NCBI RefSeq assembly: GCF_009914755.1
Contig: NC_060926.1
Direction: 5' to 3' (one strand)
From: the human T2T-CHM13v2.0 reference genome, Homo sapiens
DNA: 64,000 nt
Under the pieces are notes generated by a model. That model was not told where the DNA came from, made no database searches, and saw only the letters and a list, made by a program, of their open reading frames with translations. Of this stretch, positions 14,722 to 31,164 are shown one piece after another; within the stretch, counting starts at the first letter, position 1, and the number at the start of each line of letters is the position of its first letter. Both the position numbers and the translations under genes were made by a program.

Positions 14722-16625
14722 AGGGAGCAGGAAATAAAGACGATCAGTTGAGAATTTGTCGAAGAAGCAGTCAGCTCTCCAGACAGTCTCTTATTTCCTT
14801 GCACCCCTGCAGAGACTGGAGCTTTATTCTTTGGAGATGGCATCAGGCCCAGCTGAGAATGGAGGACTGAACACAAACAAGGGGATTAAGTGAGTGTATG
14901 CAGACTGGATGCCCCAAGAAAGATGGCATCCAGGCCTGGAACCTTCAGCAGGAGACTGGAGAAGTCTCTCTGAAGAGTCTGACCATCTCAAGAGAGAAAT
15001 ATCCAAAGATAAGAATATTGGGGTTTTCCAACCAAGTGGGGCAGTGTGACCACCATGTCATATAGTGAAACTCTTCACTCAAGAAGTCCCACCTGGGTAT
15101 TCAGAGCTACCAGTCACCAATCAGCATTTTAGTTCCCTGTTCCTCAGATGAGCAGATGGCCAAGGATTACTAGACATCTGCACAAAGGTTCTAACAGGAA
15201 AGACAAAACGAAAACCAAATATACAGAAAAAAAAAGCAACTTGGAAGAAACAGATTATGTAAAGAGAAGAAAATTTAAAGAGGGAGAGAGAAAATTATCA
15301 TTAAATGTCCAGAGAGATAAAAAAAGAGATATTGCAACAATGAAATAAGTACTGGATGCTAAAAAAATAATACTCAGAGAACTAAAAGGAGCAGTTGGAA
15401 ATTAAAAATATAACAGCAAAAGTGAAAAACTCAGTAAAGGAATTGGAAAGTTGAAGAAGCTTTCCCCAACGTAGAGTGAAAAAGACAAAGAGATGGAAAC
15501 GTAGGAGAGAAAAGATGAGAAAATGAGAGGAACAGTCCAGGAGGTCTAAATAATAAGGATTTCAGAAAGAGAAAAGAGAACAAAAGAGAAGGGGACAGTC
15601 AAATAAAGAATTCAAGAAAAATTCCCAGAAAGGAAAAATATGAGTTTCCAGACTGAAAAGCAGGCACCATGTACTCATCATAATTACACAATGGGTGAAA
15701 ATAGTCCTATGTTCATATCATAATGTACTTTCAGAACATGGAACTAAAGAAAGAGCTTAAAACCTTGCAGAGGGCAGAAATATGCCACTTACAAAGGATC
15801 ATTAATTAGAATGGTTTCAGTTCTCAATAGAAGCTTTGGGAGCAGAAATTCAATGGAGTAATGCCTTTGAAACTCTGAAGGAAAACGTTTTCAGGCCTAA
15901 GATTCTCCTTCCAGCCAAATTATAAATCAGCTGTGAGCATAGAAGAAAAGTATTTTCAGATGTGCAATGTCTCAAAAAATGTGTCTTCCATGCAGCCTTT
16001 CTCAGGAAGCTATTGGAGCTTATGCTTGGAGTAAACCAAGAACAATAAATATACTAGAGTCAGGAAACAGAATAGCCTTAGGATGATGGTGAAGAGAGAT
16101 TCCAGAGTGTCAGCAATGTACCAGACATATTGGGTGAACATTCTCGATTGCACCATGTCAGAAGGTGTAGTTTGGAGAGCACGGCAAGAAATTGAAATGA
16201 TGGGGGATATAATAAGTATGGTATCTATTGAGAAGATTTGGGGAAATGGTGAAATTTGGGTTTCATTACTGATACGAACATTTAACTCTGAGCAAATAGG
16301 AAACAGTAAAATGAGTAACTCCAGCAAAACAGAAATAATTGGAAAGGAAAAGTAATAATGGAATTCTATATGGTTCATTGATTGCATTTGCATAGGCATA
16401 ATTATGTTACACTGAATGTTAACTTATTCAAAAATACTATATATGAGGAGGACAGAGGAATGGAAAGTGTGTGCATGTGTGATGGGGCAGAAAGAAGAAA
16501 GAATCAAAACCCTTAGTTTCCATACTGAGAAATCAGTAGATAATTCCTAAACATTATTGCTTTTTTTCTCTTGTTTAGAGACTTGGAGGCAATAATAACA
16601 AGAATATCAGTTAAAGTCATTGAAT
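14400..16625 (+). mobile_element. HAL1 / ancient L1 ORF1-like element (resumes ~18235-18350)
   Basis: A-rich ORF1-like decay (aagaattcaagaaaaattcccagaa, attagaatggtttcag) and ccatgcagcctttctcaggaagctattggag resembling HAL1. Confidence 0.6.
14690..14720. repeat. (TG)n microsatellite
   Basis: Direct reading of the sequence. Confidence 0.9.
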
Positions 16626-16740
16626 GTAATGGCAAACAGGCATATGAAAATGTGCTCAACATCATTGATCATCAGAGAAATGCAAATCAAAACTATAACG
16701 AGATGTTATCTCACCCCAGTTAAAATGGCTTTTATCCAAA

Positions 16741-17520
<780 letters not shown>

Positions 17521-18390
17521 AAACTAAAAATAGAGCTACCATATGAGCCAGTAATCCCACTGCTGGGTATATTCCCAAGACAAAGAAAATCAGTGTATCC
17601 AGGAGATATCCACACACCTATGTTTACTGGAGCACTGTTCACAATTGCCAAGATTTGGAAGCAACCTAAGTGTCCATCAACAGATGAATGAATGAAGAAA
17701 ATGTGGTACACATACACAACAGAGTACTATTCAGCCATAAAAGGAATGAAACCCTGTCTTTTCAGCAACACGGATAGAACTGGAGGTCATTAAGCTAAGT
17801 GAAATAAGCCAGGCACAGACAAACATCACATGTTCTCACTTACTTGTGGGATCTAAAAATCAAAACAATTGAACTCATGGATAGAGCGTAGAAGGATGGT
17901 TACCAGAGGCTGAGAAGGGCAGTAGGGGGATAGGGAGGAGGTGGGGATAGTTAATGGGTAAAAAATGAAAAAGAAAGAATGAATAAGACCTCATATATGA
18001 TAGCACAACAGGGGGGACTATAGTCAATATTAATGTAATTGTACATTTTAAAATAACTAAAAGAGTATAATTGTTTATAACACAGAAGATAAATACCTGA
18101 GGGGATGGATACCCCATTTTCCATGATGAGATTATTATGCATTGTGTGCCTGTTATCAAAACATCTTAGGTACCCCATAGAGATATACCTACCATGTACC
18201 TATGAAAATTAAAAAAAAAAATAGTCATTGAATATAATTGGCTCTGGATGGGAAAAATGGAAGGGGTAGGAGATCGCTGCCACTCATAATGAACTTTGTA
18301 GATATAGTTGATTGTGTAAACTCTGCATGATTAACATTTAAAAAGAATAAGACCAAAATCAAGAGAAAGGAAAACACCAGAAAGAAATAT

Positions 18391-18545
18391 AGGTTGGGTG
18401 CAGTGACTCATGCCTGTAATTCCAGCACTTTGGGAGGCCGAGGCAGGGGAATTGCTGAGCCCAGAAATTGGAGACCAGCCTGGGCAGCATAGCAAGACCC
18501 TGTCTCTACAAAATAAAAATTTTATTAAAAAATAATAAAAAAGAA
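18391..18545 (+). mobile_element. Alu monomer (FLAM-like)
   Basis: Left arm only plus A-rich tail. Confidence 0.8.
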
Positions 18546-18734
18546 AGAAATATAGCAAAATGTTAGTCATTTATCTCTGGGTTTGGGGTAATAGATTATT
18601 TTCATTTTTAAATTTTAATTTCTAAAATTGTCTACATTTCCTAAAATGAACACAGCTTACTTTCTAAAAAGCACCATATCGTCATTTATTTTAATAATAT
18701 ATTTTCCTATTTGGAACATTGCTCTTTTTCCTTC

Positions 18735-19190
18735 TATTTTTTAGTTGACATGTAATAATTGTATATATTTGTGGGATACAGAGTGATATTTCAATACATG
18801 TATATAATGTGTAATGATCAAATCAAGGTAAATAGCATATCTATCACCTGGAACATTGATCATTTCTTTGTGCTGTGAACATTTAAAATCCTCTCTTCTA
18901 GTTATTTGAAAATGTACACTAGACTGTCGTTAGTCATGGTCATCCTGCAGTGTATAGAATGCTAGAACTCATTCCTGCAATCTGGCTGTAATTTTGTATC
19001 CCTCAACCAGCCTCTTCCTATCTTCTCTCCCCTCTACCCTTCCCAGCCTCTAATAATCACAATTATTAGAGCTCTATTTCTATGAGCTCATTTTTCAAAA
19101 GCTCCCGCATATGAGTGAGAACATGCAGTATTTATCTTTCTGTGCCTGAACATTTCACTTAATGTAAATTCAGGTTCATCCATGTTGAAT
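18735..19190 (-). mobile_element. L1MA 3' end fragment
   Basis: ttgacatgtaataattgtatatatt...gagtgagaacatgcagtatttatctttctgtgcc. Confidence 0.85.
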
Positions 19191-19267
19191 ATGGCTTAGT
19201 TTTTAAAGCTTGAAACACCCATATTTTAGGTTAAGGGGGAGAGAGTTATAGAGAAAGATATTAGTTT

Positions 19268-19395
<128 letters not shown>

Positions 19396-20166
19396 TAGTT
19401 TTGATAGGAGGATTTTGGTGGGGGGTGGGGGGATTGCTAATGGTGACATTTGGCTAGATCTTTGAGGGAGCAAACCATGTGGACACTCAGAGGAATGGGT
19501 GAGAATGTGCTTGAGCCTGTGAGGAACAACAGAGGTCAGCTGTGATTGGCGTGGAGGGAAGATGGAGGTCAGACAGAGAGACCATGAGGTTAGACAGGGG
19601 CCGGGGACCAGGCCCTGTAGAACTTTATAGGACATGTTAAAGACTTCAGATTTCATTCTGACTGCTACAGAAAGCTGTTGAAGAGTGCGGAGGAGGAAAG
19701 TGCCATGATCTGATTTGCATTTTAACGCTGTGACTGCTGTGTGTCCAGGGATGGGAGCCACAGAGGGCAAGGTGGGAAGAAGCAGGCAGGACCCGAAGCT
19801 GGGAGAGCCGTCAGGAGGCTTTCGCTGTCTTCCAGATGCACGATTCTTCAGGATTAGTCACTGGTGTTCAGAAAGTTTTTATTTTAGCAACAGGAACCTT
19901 TTTTCAAAGGAAATCTTACCTTGATTTCTCATCTATAAAACATTAAAGTGAAGCACACAAGTGAAGTGGCTTTAGTTGAAGTAGGAGGTGGGGGGTCCAG
20001 AGCCTCCTGCCCCCTCCCCTCATCCCTGCTCTCTCTACCTGGTGATCCCTGGAGGTGAGCCTTTGAACCTAGAGTTCTGCTGATCACCATCTGGACACTG
20101 GTTCCACCTAGTCCCCTCCTTTCATGGAGGAGGCCAGCCATGAGAAGTGGGACTCGAGTAGGAGGG

Positions 20167-20598
20167 TGCTCTGTGGTAGGCAGGCCTATGAAACCTACCC
20201 CTAAAGTCTGAGGAAGCTGAGAGGCTGAAGAAAGAGGCAGACAAATGCAGTTTCTCAGAAAGACACATTTAATAGGGACTTAGGAACAGAAGCCATGTGT
20301 TGTCTCTGGTGGCGGTGCCAAGACAAGATAGTGGATCTCTGTGCCATTACCCCCTAGACCCAAGGCTCAAATATCATAGGGAAAGAATGCGTAGGACAAC
20401 TTCTTAAAGGATAGGTTTATGGTGCGTACCATAACATCAAGTTTGTTTTGACCTAGGGGTAGGACTTATGGGAAGTACCGCTCCTACACAAGGAACAATA
20501 GATAAACTGGAAATCTTAGAGGCCTTCCCCAAATTGGGGTTAATCAGAAGTTAACATGGCGGATTAGCATCCAAGATGGAGTTGCTTTGGCCTCCACA
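20167..20598 (-). mobile_element. Solo LTR, ERV1-class (family not determined)
   Basis: TG...CA termini with TSD gaggg at 20162 and 20599; ccaagatgg motif near the end. Confidence 0.7.
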
Positions 20599-20931
20599 GA
20601 GGGCTTCCTAGGGTTTATGTTGAGGGAAAGGAAAAAAAAATCATGCTCCATGTCCCTGTGGGGAGACAGCCTCTGTGGAGAAGGCAGAGCAATACCCTGG
20701 GATTTTCGTGCCAGCTCAGGGCAGTTCCCACTGCACCATTCTGCTTCTGGCAGCTTTTAGGTCAAGTGTAGTATGTCAGGTTTTCACTTTGTCTAGCCAC
20801 CCACTTTCTCCCAAAAAGGAGACACGCTTTGACCCAACCTGAATCCAAAAGACAAGCTGGGGGGATGCAGTGGCCCAAATGAGGACAGTGGTGGGCCTCT
20901 TCTGTTGGGAGGACCTAGGCTCTAACTTTCC

Positions 20932-21403
20932 CCACTGGTGGCATGCTAGTAAATGTTTGATGACTGGTAGAAAGAAGGAAGGAAGGAAGGAAGGAAGGAA
21001 GGGAGGGAGGGAGGGAGGGAGGGAGGGAGGGAGAGGGGCAGGGAGGGAGGGGCCCTCTAGCACTTGCAGATTTCTGCAGTGTGAATGGTCCTGTCATGAT
21101 GGATTTATTGTCACCAACATGAGGTCACTGAACTCGAAGCTGGGAAGAGATATGCACTTGCATGTCCTTATATAGTACTTCCCCCATACACACAGCAGAT
21201 CAAATAACCTCACAAGTTTAGACAATAGCAAAATGCAGTAACAATGAGCAAGTGAGGACTTTTGAGTATTTATGGCCTTTTATTTAATTTATTAATGGCT
21301 GTGTTTAATAACCAGCTGTGTTTAAAAACCAGCTGGCACAATTTCTGAAACTTTAACAATCACCTCTCTCAAGCCAGTTTGAGCCATCTCTGGCTCCCCA
21401 GTG
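20932..21403 (+). mobile_element. MER63-like hAT-Blackjack element with internal (GGAA)6(GGGA)8 microsatellite
   Basis: Similar to the copy at 63461-63669 (gattt.tg..gt; caccaacatgaggtcactgaac). Confidence 0.6.
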
Positions 21404-21589
21404 CTCCATCTCTGAAAAAAAAAATCCCTCTGAACTTCAAATGAAGAAATCCATCATGACAGGACTATTTACACCACAGAAATTGGCAAGTGCTAGAGGG
21501 CACCTCCCTCCCTTCCTTCCTTCCTTCCTTCCTTCCTTTACAAATGATACATCTATACAGAACAATAACACTCGGCAATAAACAGGGGT

Positions 21590-21930
21590 AATGGATATAC
21601 GCAACACCTCAAATGAAGCTAAGACATTGTGCCAAATGAAGGAAGCGCATCTTAAAAGGTTTGCATAAGGTTTGACTCCATTTTTAGGACAGGCTTGCAA
21701 GATGAAACTCTCATGATGGAGAACAGATCAGTGGTTGCCAGGGGTTAGGGATGGCAGGAAGGAGTGACTCTAAAGGGGCAGCTAGGGACAGCCTTTTTGG
21801 TGTTGGATGTTCTGTGTCCTGATTGTGGTGATGACTGCCTGAATCTATATATGTTTTAAAATTTGTAGAACTATATACCCACCCAAGTCAATTTTATTGT
21901 ATGATAATTTATTCTATAATAATTTTCAAA
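21590..21930 (+). mobile_element. L1ME-like 3' fragment
   Basis: gaacagatcagtggttgccaggggttaggg...tgattgtggtgatg. Confidence 0.65.
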
Positions 21931-23626
21931 AAGAAGAAAATTAGCATATTATGAAGCCCCTTTCCCCTAAACCAAAAACAACAAACAGATAGAATATCAT
22001 TATGAATAGGGCAAGTCTTTCTACCCCTTTGGACCTTTTTTGATTCCTCTGTGAAATGAAAGGCCTGGACAGTCAGGAGTTGCAGATGCTAATGCCTGTG
22101 AGGAGGCAGTGGGTAATGTAAGTGGAAGACAACAGGGAGTGGTGGGGACTGTGGAGAACTGGTGAGTTTACACCTGCCTAAGGGGAACAACCTCGGCTTC
22201 AGCCTCAGCTCAGAGTTGCTATGCTGGACTGCAGCCCTGGATGGGTAGATGTTTTGCATTTCAAAATAAGTGAGAACTCTGGATTCTTTAAAGATGAAAT
22301 TTCCTTATTTGTAAGCACTACCAGAACCCAACCATGTATGTCTGTGAATTGTATTCAACTAGGAGACCACCAGTTTGCAGCCCCTGGATGGCATGTACTA
22401 TACCAAACTTTTGAGCATTTTAGGTCATGACTGTAAACTCTGATAAGCAATGTACCAGGTTCTTTATCAGAGATTTGGAAGTAGTTTTGGAGGGTCTCAC
22501 ATCACTGAATGTAAAATCGAGACCTCTTTGTCCGACTTAAAATTTGTGCAGTTGAGGTGCTCAGTGTTATTGTGGTTGTCAGAATCCACGTGTGGGGAAG
22601 AGGACCCAGTGCTGACCTGGAATCAATGGCTCTGCCCATCCCCCCACCCTGTCCACCCTGCAGGAGCACCTGGAAATGCGTCATTTAGTCTGTTACAGAT
22701 CATAGCCTCTCATAAATGGACCTGACTTCTCCGCACACATTACCAATTTCATGATGATGAGTGAGGATTGAGTCCATCTCTCATTTCCACTATGGAACCA
22801 TGATTGATGAACTTAGCATACTTAGATTTACACTAAGCATGTGACAGGGAAAGGCCTGTTATAAACAGCTGAAAAATGGCATCTGAGTAGGAAGCCACAC
22901 ACATCCAGTGCGAGAATAGGGGGGATGGAGCGCCCGTGTGAGGGAGAGAGATGAGTCCATGGGTTGGAGGGCATGGCCTCAGGCTGGAAGGATGGGTCCC
23001 CCTCTCCTGCTGCACAATTGCATGACACGCCACATTGCACACCAATGGAAGAGCTCATCCTCATCTGTGGGGGTGGGCCTGGGGATGGGCGGGGACTACA
23101 ATGGAACTTGCAGGAAGGAAAGTGCTTTACTCCTTAGGGTTGCATCCCAGAGCCCCAGCACTGGCTGAAGGAGAAAAAGACTAGGGGGAAGGAATCTGCA
23201 GGCTTGGAAGTTTCAGCCCTGGAGCCTCAGAACTCATGAGGGAAAGTGAAGCCTTTACTTGCCAGGGAATTGTGGTAGCTAGAGCTTTTGCCCAACACAG
23301 TTTCCCTTCCCCACTTCATCTAATAACCAAATCTGCTTTTTTGAGAGGGAGCCCATTCCGTGTAGTTTCATGTAGTTTGGGAAGAAATGTGACTGACCTC
23401 CTTTCCAAAGAAAGGCAAATAGCCTCTAATTAGAGCACTATTCCCCTAGCCTCAGCGATTAGTTCAGGGATGAACATGTGACTCTAGCTGGTATAATCTG
23501 AGTTCTTCCTGGGAGCTGCGCAAGAACTAAACAGAAAGAGGCACTCTCTTTTCTCTATATTAGCTGTAAGGATGATAACCTATAGCATCTCGCAACTACC
23601 TAAGAGTCCATGAAAGAAAAGTTGAG

Positions 23627-23958
<332 letters not shown>

Positions 23959-24654
23959 TCATTTAAATGGTCTTGATTTTGATGTTATTGGTGGAGCCCT
24001 GGGATACAGCCCTACTTGAAGTCTACCTCTGGACTGTCTAGTTATGTGCGCCAATTTCTTCCTTCTTTCCTTCCTTCATCCTTTGTTTCTTTTATCTTGA
24101 GCTAGTTTAAGCTTAATTTCTGTCATTTGCAACCCAGAGTCCTGAGTAATATATCAGCTTATACGTATACCTAATACTAAGCAGGTTAACACCACATAGT
24201 AAATATATTAATAGTGAATTAAATACTATGCAAATATATTTATATATATTATATATATATAAGTTTATTCAACTAATGTATACTATGTGCCAAAACTATG
24301 CTAGATACTAGGGGTGAAATTATGAACAAGATTCATTATGGTTGACCTATCCCACTTTGGCCTTATTGATATTAAATTAGATATAATGTGACTATAACAT
24401 ACAAATGATTTGCCGAATTATTGCCTACTACATGCCAGGGCAAGGCAACAATAAAACAGCGAACAAGACAGATATGGTTCCTTGCCTCGTGAAATGTAAC
24501 TCTGACTTAGTTTTCTTATCAGTAAGGTGGGTATAATATGAGTACATTCTTCCCAAGGTGGTTGTGACTAAATGAGATCTATGAAGTGTTTACAATAATT
24601 TGTAATAATAATGGGCATGGTAGGTGCCCAATAAATAGTAGATTATAGTTTTTA

Positions 24655-24810
24655 TGTTTTTTAGAGACAGAATCTTTCTCCATCACACAGGCTAGAGTGC
24701 AGTGGTGTGATCATAGTTCACTGCAACCTTGACCTCCTGGGCTCAAGCAATTCTCCTGTATCAGCTTCCCAACATGCTGGGATTATAGGTGTGAGCCACC
24801 ATGCCCAACC
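24655..24810 (-). mobile_element. Alu monomer (FRAM/AluJ-like)
   Basis: Single-arm Alu sequence. Confidence 0.8.
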
Positions 24811-24845
24811 TAGACTGCAGTTTACTTTTTGGCTATCCAAGACTC

Positions 24846-24892
24846 CTTTTTTTTTTTTTTTTTTTTTTTTTAAGTTTGACTGTGTGTGTGTG

Positions 24893-24923
<31 letters not shown>
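24846..24923. repeat. Compound microsatellite: poly(T)-(TG)n-poly(T)
   Basis: Direct reading of the sequence. Confidence 0.9.
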
Positions 24924-25390
24924 TCCTACTGCAACAAAAAGTAGTTTTGGGGGTCAGATAGAAATGGTTCATATTCTGCTTCTTCCACTTACTAACTAAA
25001 GACTTTGGGGGAAATTGCTTAACTTTTCTTGGGTCTTAATTTACTCATCTATAAAATGTAAAATGGAGTAATAATCCCTTCCTTGAAAAGGTACATAGTG
25101 GGTGCCTAATTATTATTATTAATTCATCCCCCAAAATGTGATAATAACATTGCTTGAGAAAAATCACCTCAGAGGAAATAGTAATAACAGTTATTATCTT
25201 AGTAAATAGCATGGAGAATCAGTGCCTAGCCCAGTACTCACACTTTTCATCAACGTACTTCTGGGAACAAAAGAGGGAAACTCATCTCGAAGGTGGGAGT
25301 TGCGGGGGAGAGTAATGACCTAGTGTGGCCTTCTACAAATGAAAAGTCTGTGTAAACTTACACAAATTTTTGCATTCCAGTCTATGGTAA

Positions 25391-25722
<332 letters not shown>

Positions 25723-25729
25723 ATGAAGA

Positions 25730-26049
<320 letters not shown>

Positions 26050-29000
26050 TAATTTACCTGCTGGTTACATTTCTTTCATTCCTCTTCTTCCAACTGACAC
26101 TTCCTAGGAAGTGGCTGGTTTATCCTGTGGCTTCATGCACCTCCCGATCCCTCCTGCCTCTCGCTGCTGCTGACTGAGGATCTGTAACCCCAGTTTGAGA
26201 AGCACAGCTTCAGAACCCTCGAAGTAGCAGCGGGCTGGGAAGCAATGTCCTAGTCAAAGTTGTGTCACAAAAGGGTGGCCCTGAGACCCCCACAGTGAAA
26301 GAGTGGGAATGGGGGCTAAGTAAACTGGGCCAGGCTCTCCCTGCCCAATTCGGTAAATGTGTGCTAGAGGAAACATATGCTGTGTCATTCCTGTCACCAA
26401 GATGAGGAGAAGGCAAGATAAAGACGTGGAGAAGTACCTCAGTCAGGGCAATAAATCCCAAAGGAATATTCCCTGCAGCAGGCTGTGCCTGAAAGATGCT
26501 GGGCAGAGGGAGAACCAGATAGGGCAAGCCAAGCGCTGAGAAGAGGGGACAATAGAGATGACAACTTAGCAAGAAAGGGAGGAAGCTTGGTCACTGAGAG
26601 TCAACTGCATGCACATGGGGTGTGGGGGGCTGAAAAACTTTAGTATTGGGCACTCCCCCACAATCTTTTGATGTGATCAGGGTGAGATGTATGAACATCG
26701 TATTTGCTGGGTTTGACCTACAGTCAGTTGCATGGGCCATATGGTTTCCCTGACCCATAAAAGCCACTAAGTGAGGAAGTAATTTATTGCTAGAGATCAC
26801 TGTCCGCCCCAGAATATCCTGGTGTATTTGCCTCATTGTTTCCTTAATAAGGGGTTAGAGAAGAGCAGGATTGTGGAAGCGGGGGAAGGGGGTGGTGCAG
26901 GATGGGCCATTCTTAATTCTAACAGTGAGACCCCGTTTGTTTGGGAGGGGAAGATAGGCATGCCTGGATCCTCCCGCACAGCGCTTCACAGGGGTTTTTC
27001 CTGCCCTACAGCTCAGCAAATTGTGGGAGAGGGAGAGCTGGGAACATAAAGGGGTCATGAACTTCAAATGTATAACTTAGTATTTGCACAGATTGTATGA
27101 AGAGAGGACATTTCATAAATGGCAAATTATTCCGGATCCTGGGGAAAGAGGCCAATATGTTTTAATGAATTGGTGCCATAAAGGAGAGGACCATTTCCTC
27201 CCCTAAACAGTGCAAATTGAGAAACATTAAAACAATAGCTGCTGATAACCCTTTCACTGGAGGCTGGAATTCCGACAGTGGTTCCTTTGCTGGAGTAGCT
27301 GCCCTGTTTAACAGTGAGCTCCACACAAAGCTCATTGTGCAATGAGCTCTGAATCTGCACACTGGAAGACCCTGCAGCAGGCGAGCCTTGAAGGTTTGCT
27401 GGTACAGCCGAGAGTCTTTTCTTCCTTCTTCTTTTCTTAATAGCCCCGGAGCTTTGTAGCAACAATTATTTCAGTGATTGCGTCCTGGGTTTCTTAGTGT
27501 TATCTGAAGATGTTATCTGTAAAGACTTGCAATAGGAGCATTGCTCCAACACCTTGTCTGATCTGCTTCTGCTTTTAGTATGAAAACATATGTACTGATG
27601 CTAAGAACATTTTTGACTTTCTGTGTTTTTCAGGTTCTGTAAAGGCAAGTTCTGCTAAATTGCTACCTGGTCATTAAAAAAAAGGTCCCTCAGTGCATTT
27701 TGGACTAGTGCCAGATAATCCTAATCAGCACAGGGGCTAAATGAACCCTGGGGTCCCTTGTCAGCCCTTGGACAGGTAGGATTTTTAAGAAGCTAGGTCC
27801 ATGTTAAAATATGTCCTAATAATATCTCAGAACAAACATTTCACATGGGTCTTTATGGCCTGCACAACCTGTAAGGCCTCTGTCTTCTCCCAGATTGATT
27901 CATACTAACCATGGACTTCTCGGGCCACTACTCCTGGGTCTTTCCATCTTCTGGTAATTAAAGGTTGAGGTACTACCTGGAAGAGTTTGTATCTGGGAAT
28001 GAGAGGGAAATCTAAAGAGACCATGAGCTCCACCATGCCCTTTAATGTCAGCCATTTGTCTTCTGAGGGTAGTGTGGGGAGGCAGGGGGCTAGCGGTTAC
28101 TTGTAGAACTCAGAAGCAGTGAGTGTGGGTTTTAGTACTTTGTCTTGTGGGTCTGGTTTAGCACTTACAGTCATAGGACCTTGAACTTCCCAATGACATT
28201 GTGTCACTTTATGAAAAGATTGGGCCTGTAGAATCAGGCGACTTGTTTAAATCGCAGTTTATGTTACTACTTCGCTGTGTGACTCTGGGCAAGATTCTTA
28301 ATCTCTCCGGACCTTAGTTTCCTAAACTGCAAGGCAGGGCCCATAATACCTGCCTCAAATGGGTTGTGAGGATCAACATCTGCAGCATGTCTGGGAAGAA
28401 ATTGGAATGAGTCCTTTGTGTGTGAGATCCAGCCGGGGATCCCCTACTTTCTCCATAATACGAGAGACGTGAAGGCCCCATCCATTTAGTCTGTTACCAC
28501 CCAACTCAAATTCATTGTTTCTGAACTTTTCTTCTCCTAAACTTGTTCTTTCTGTAGGTAAAGTTCCAAAGGCTTTCATAGAACAAATGTAGTTTTTAGA
28601 AGGGATATCATCCATTCACACCTTAGCTTGAATCTGTTTAGGGACTACCTAGTAGATGATGACGAAAGCAGAGGAAACATAAGTGGGTAGTAGAGAGAAG
28701 AATGTGAAGGTTTTCCAGCACAGGGATCTCGGTTCTTGACCGTGGGTGGAGCGAAAACAGTCAGTGGAAAGGGATTCAGGGAAGTGTTGAGTAGAGAGGT
28801 AGAAATGGAAGAATCAAGAACCAAGAGAACATGGGAGGGGAAAACAGATGAAGCAATGATGGGCATAGTGTGGCTGTTAGCCCCAGGAAGAAGTCAATTT
28901 TCCTCTGAGATACAGGGGAAGGCAGAAAGAATGGGGGTGGGGGGCAGAGATAGAGAGTCCAGAAAGGGGAGAAGGAGATTGGCCAAGCCAGTTCAGCAGG

Positions 29001-29992
29001 TAAGAAGGAAAAGGTGAGGCTTTGGCACCAGTGACCATTGATGTACTCCTTGCCTCAGACACTTCCACTTGATGGTGAGCAATTAACGTATTTCCAATGA
29101 CTGTCAGTTTCCACATCTATACACGGGGATGATAATGTCTTATTTGAAGAGCCGATTAAATGGGACACTGCAGAGCGCTCAGGACATGCAGGCTGTGAGT
29201 AGGCAATCCTCTGCACATCATTTGCATCTTTAGCCTCATTGTTCACTGACAGTGGCAGACTCTGGGTGGCCTGGGGATTAGGAGAGGATCCAATATTTGG
29301 AGGAGCCACTGTGGGATGGTAGTAGTAGCAAGAGGTGGCAAGGGCTCAGTGGAAGTGAGAAGCCATGAATTAATAGTGGGCCAAGTCCACAGTGCCAGTG
29401 ATGTTCAACAATGTCTCCAGTCCAGGATCAGGACCAGACAGTACAGAGCCAGGCAAGGGGGTCCAGGACTAGGGCCTGGACTTTAAACCAGGAGGGTAGT
29501 TACAGGAGTACAGAGAACAGAGTGCTCCTGCTGTCTGCATTGCCAATAGCTGCACACGGGGAAGGCAGAGGGGTCAAGTCTAGAGAGGTCTTGGTGATGG
29601 TGAAGAGCTGTCACCATGGTGACAAAGTGGAAAGATGCTATTAGGAAGGACAGGCTGGGTGGCTGCTTAGCAGGAAAGCAGACCAGAAATACTAATGTGA
29701 AATGAGGCCATGATCCAGGGACTATAGGGTCAAGAGGCCTGATGTGATGTCAATAAGGATGTCAAAGTCTTGAGAGTCCTTAGGTGGCCAGAAATAATAA
29801 TATGGACTAAAATTATCCCAGGATGAAGAACAAGGTCATGGTGTGGGACAGTCATCAGGAAAAGCCATGACATTAAGAGATGGCCCTGCTAGACCTAGCA
29901 AGTCCACTAGGGAGAGGCATATGCTTTGATGGGGACATAGTGGGGGATATTTTGAAGCAGAGAGGTGCATATTGTATTTGACTTACGCATTA

Positions 29993-30380
<388 letters not shown>

Positions 30381-30813
30381 AAAAATAGGATTATCTGGCA
30401 TTCCTGTGTCTGAATTTCTAGAGGGCAACTTCACTCTCCCTATTGGAAGGCAGAGTGACTTTTCAGTTTGCTACATTCCCTGTCAGTCCCCAACACTGAG
30501 GTTAAGTGTCATTTGTTGTTTATTTTTGAATCCTGTTTTGGTCTCTCCATGGAAGGAAAATATTTCTAAGTGTGCACAGAAATATGCACCTGGAGGCATC
30601 TGAGTTGGTGACCTTGATGTGAAGCAAGGGCTGTGCCATTGAAGCTGGGCCCTGATCCAATGGTAGAAGAGGGGATCCTAGTTGTTCCAGGAGTACCTCA
30701 TGGTCCTAGTGCCAGGTAGAGAACAGAGATGGGGAGACAGAAGTAGTGTGCAGGAAAGGACTGAAAGAGGGAGACAGGAAATGGGGAGGTGCGAGTCAAA
30801 GGATGTAAAGTAG

Positions 30814-31164
<351 letters not shown>

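Noticed and set aside
24232-24262. AT-rich quasi-palindrome
   Set aside because: Short (TA)n-type simple repeat with no further structure
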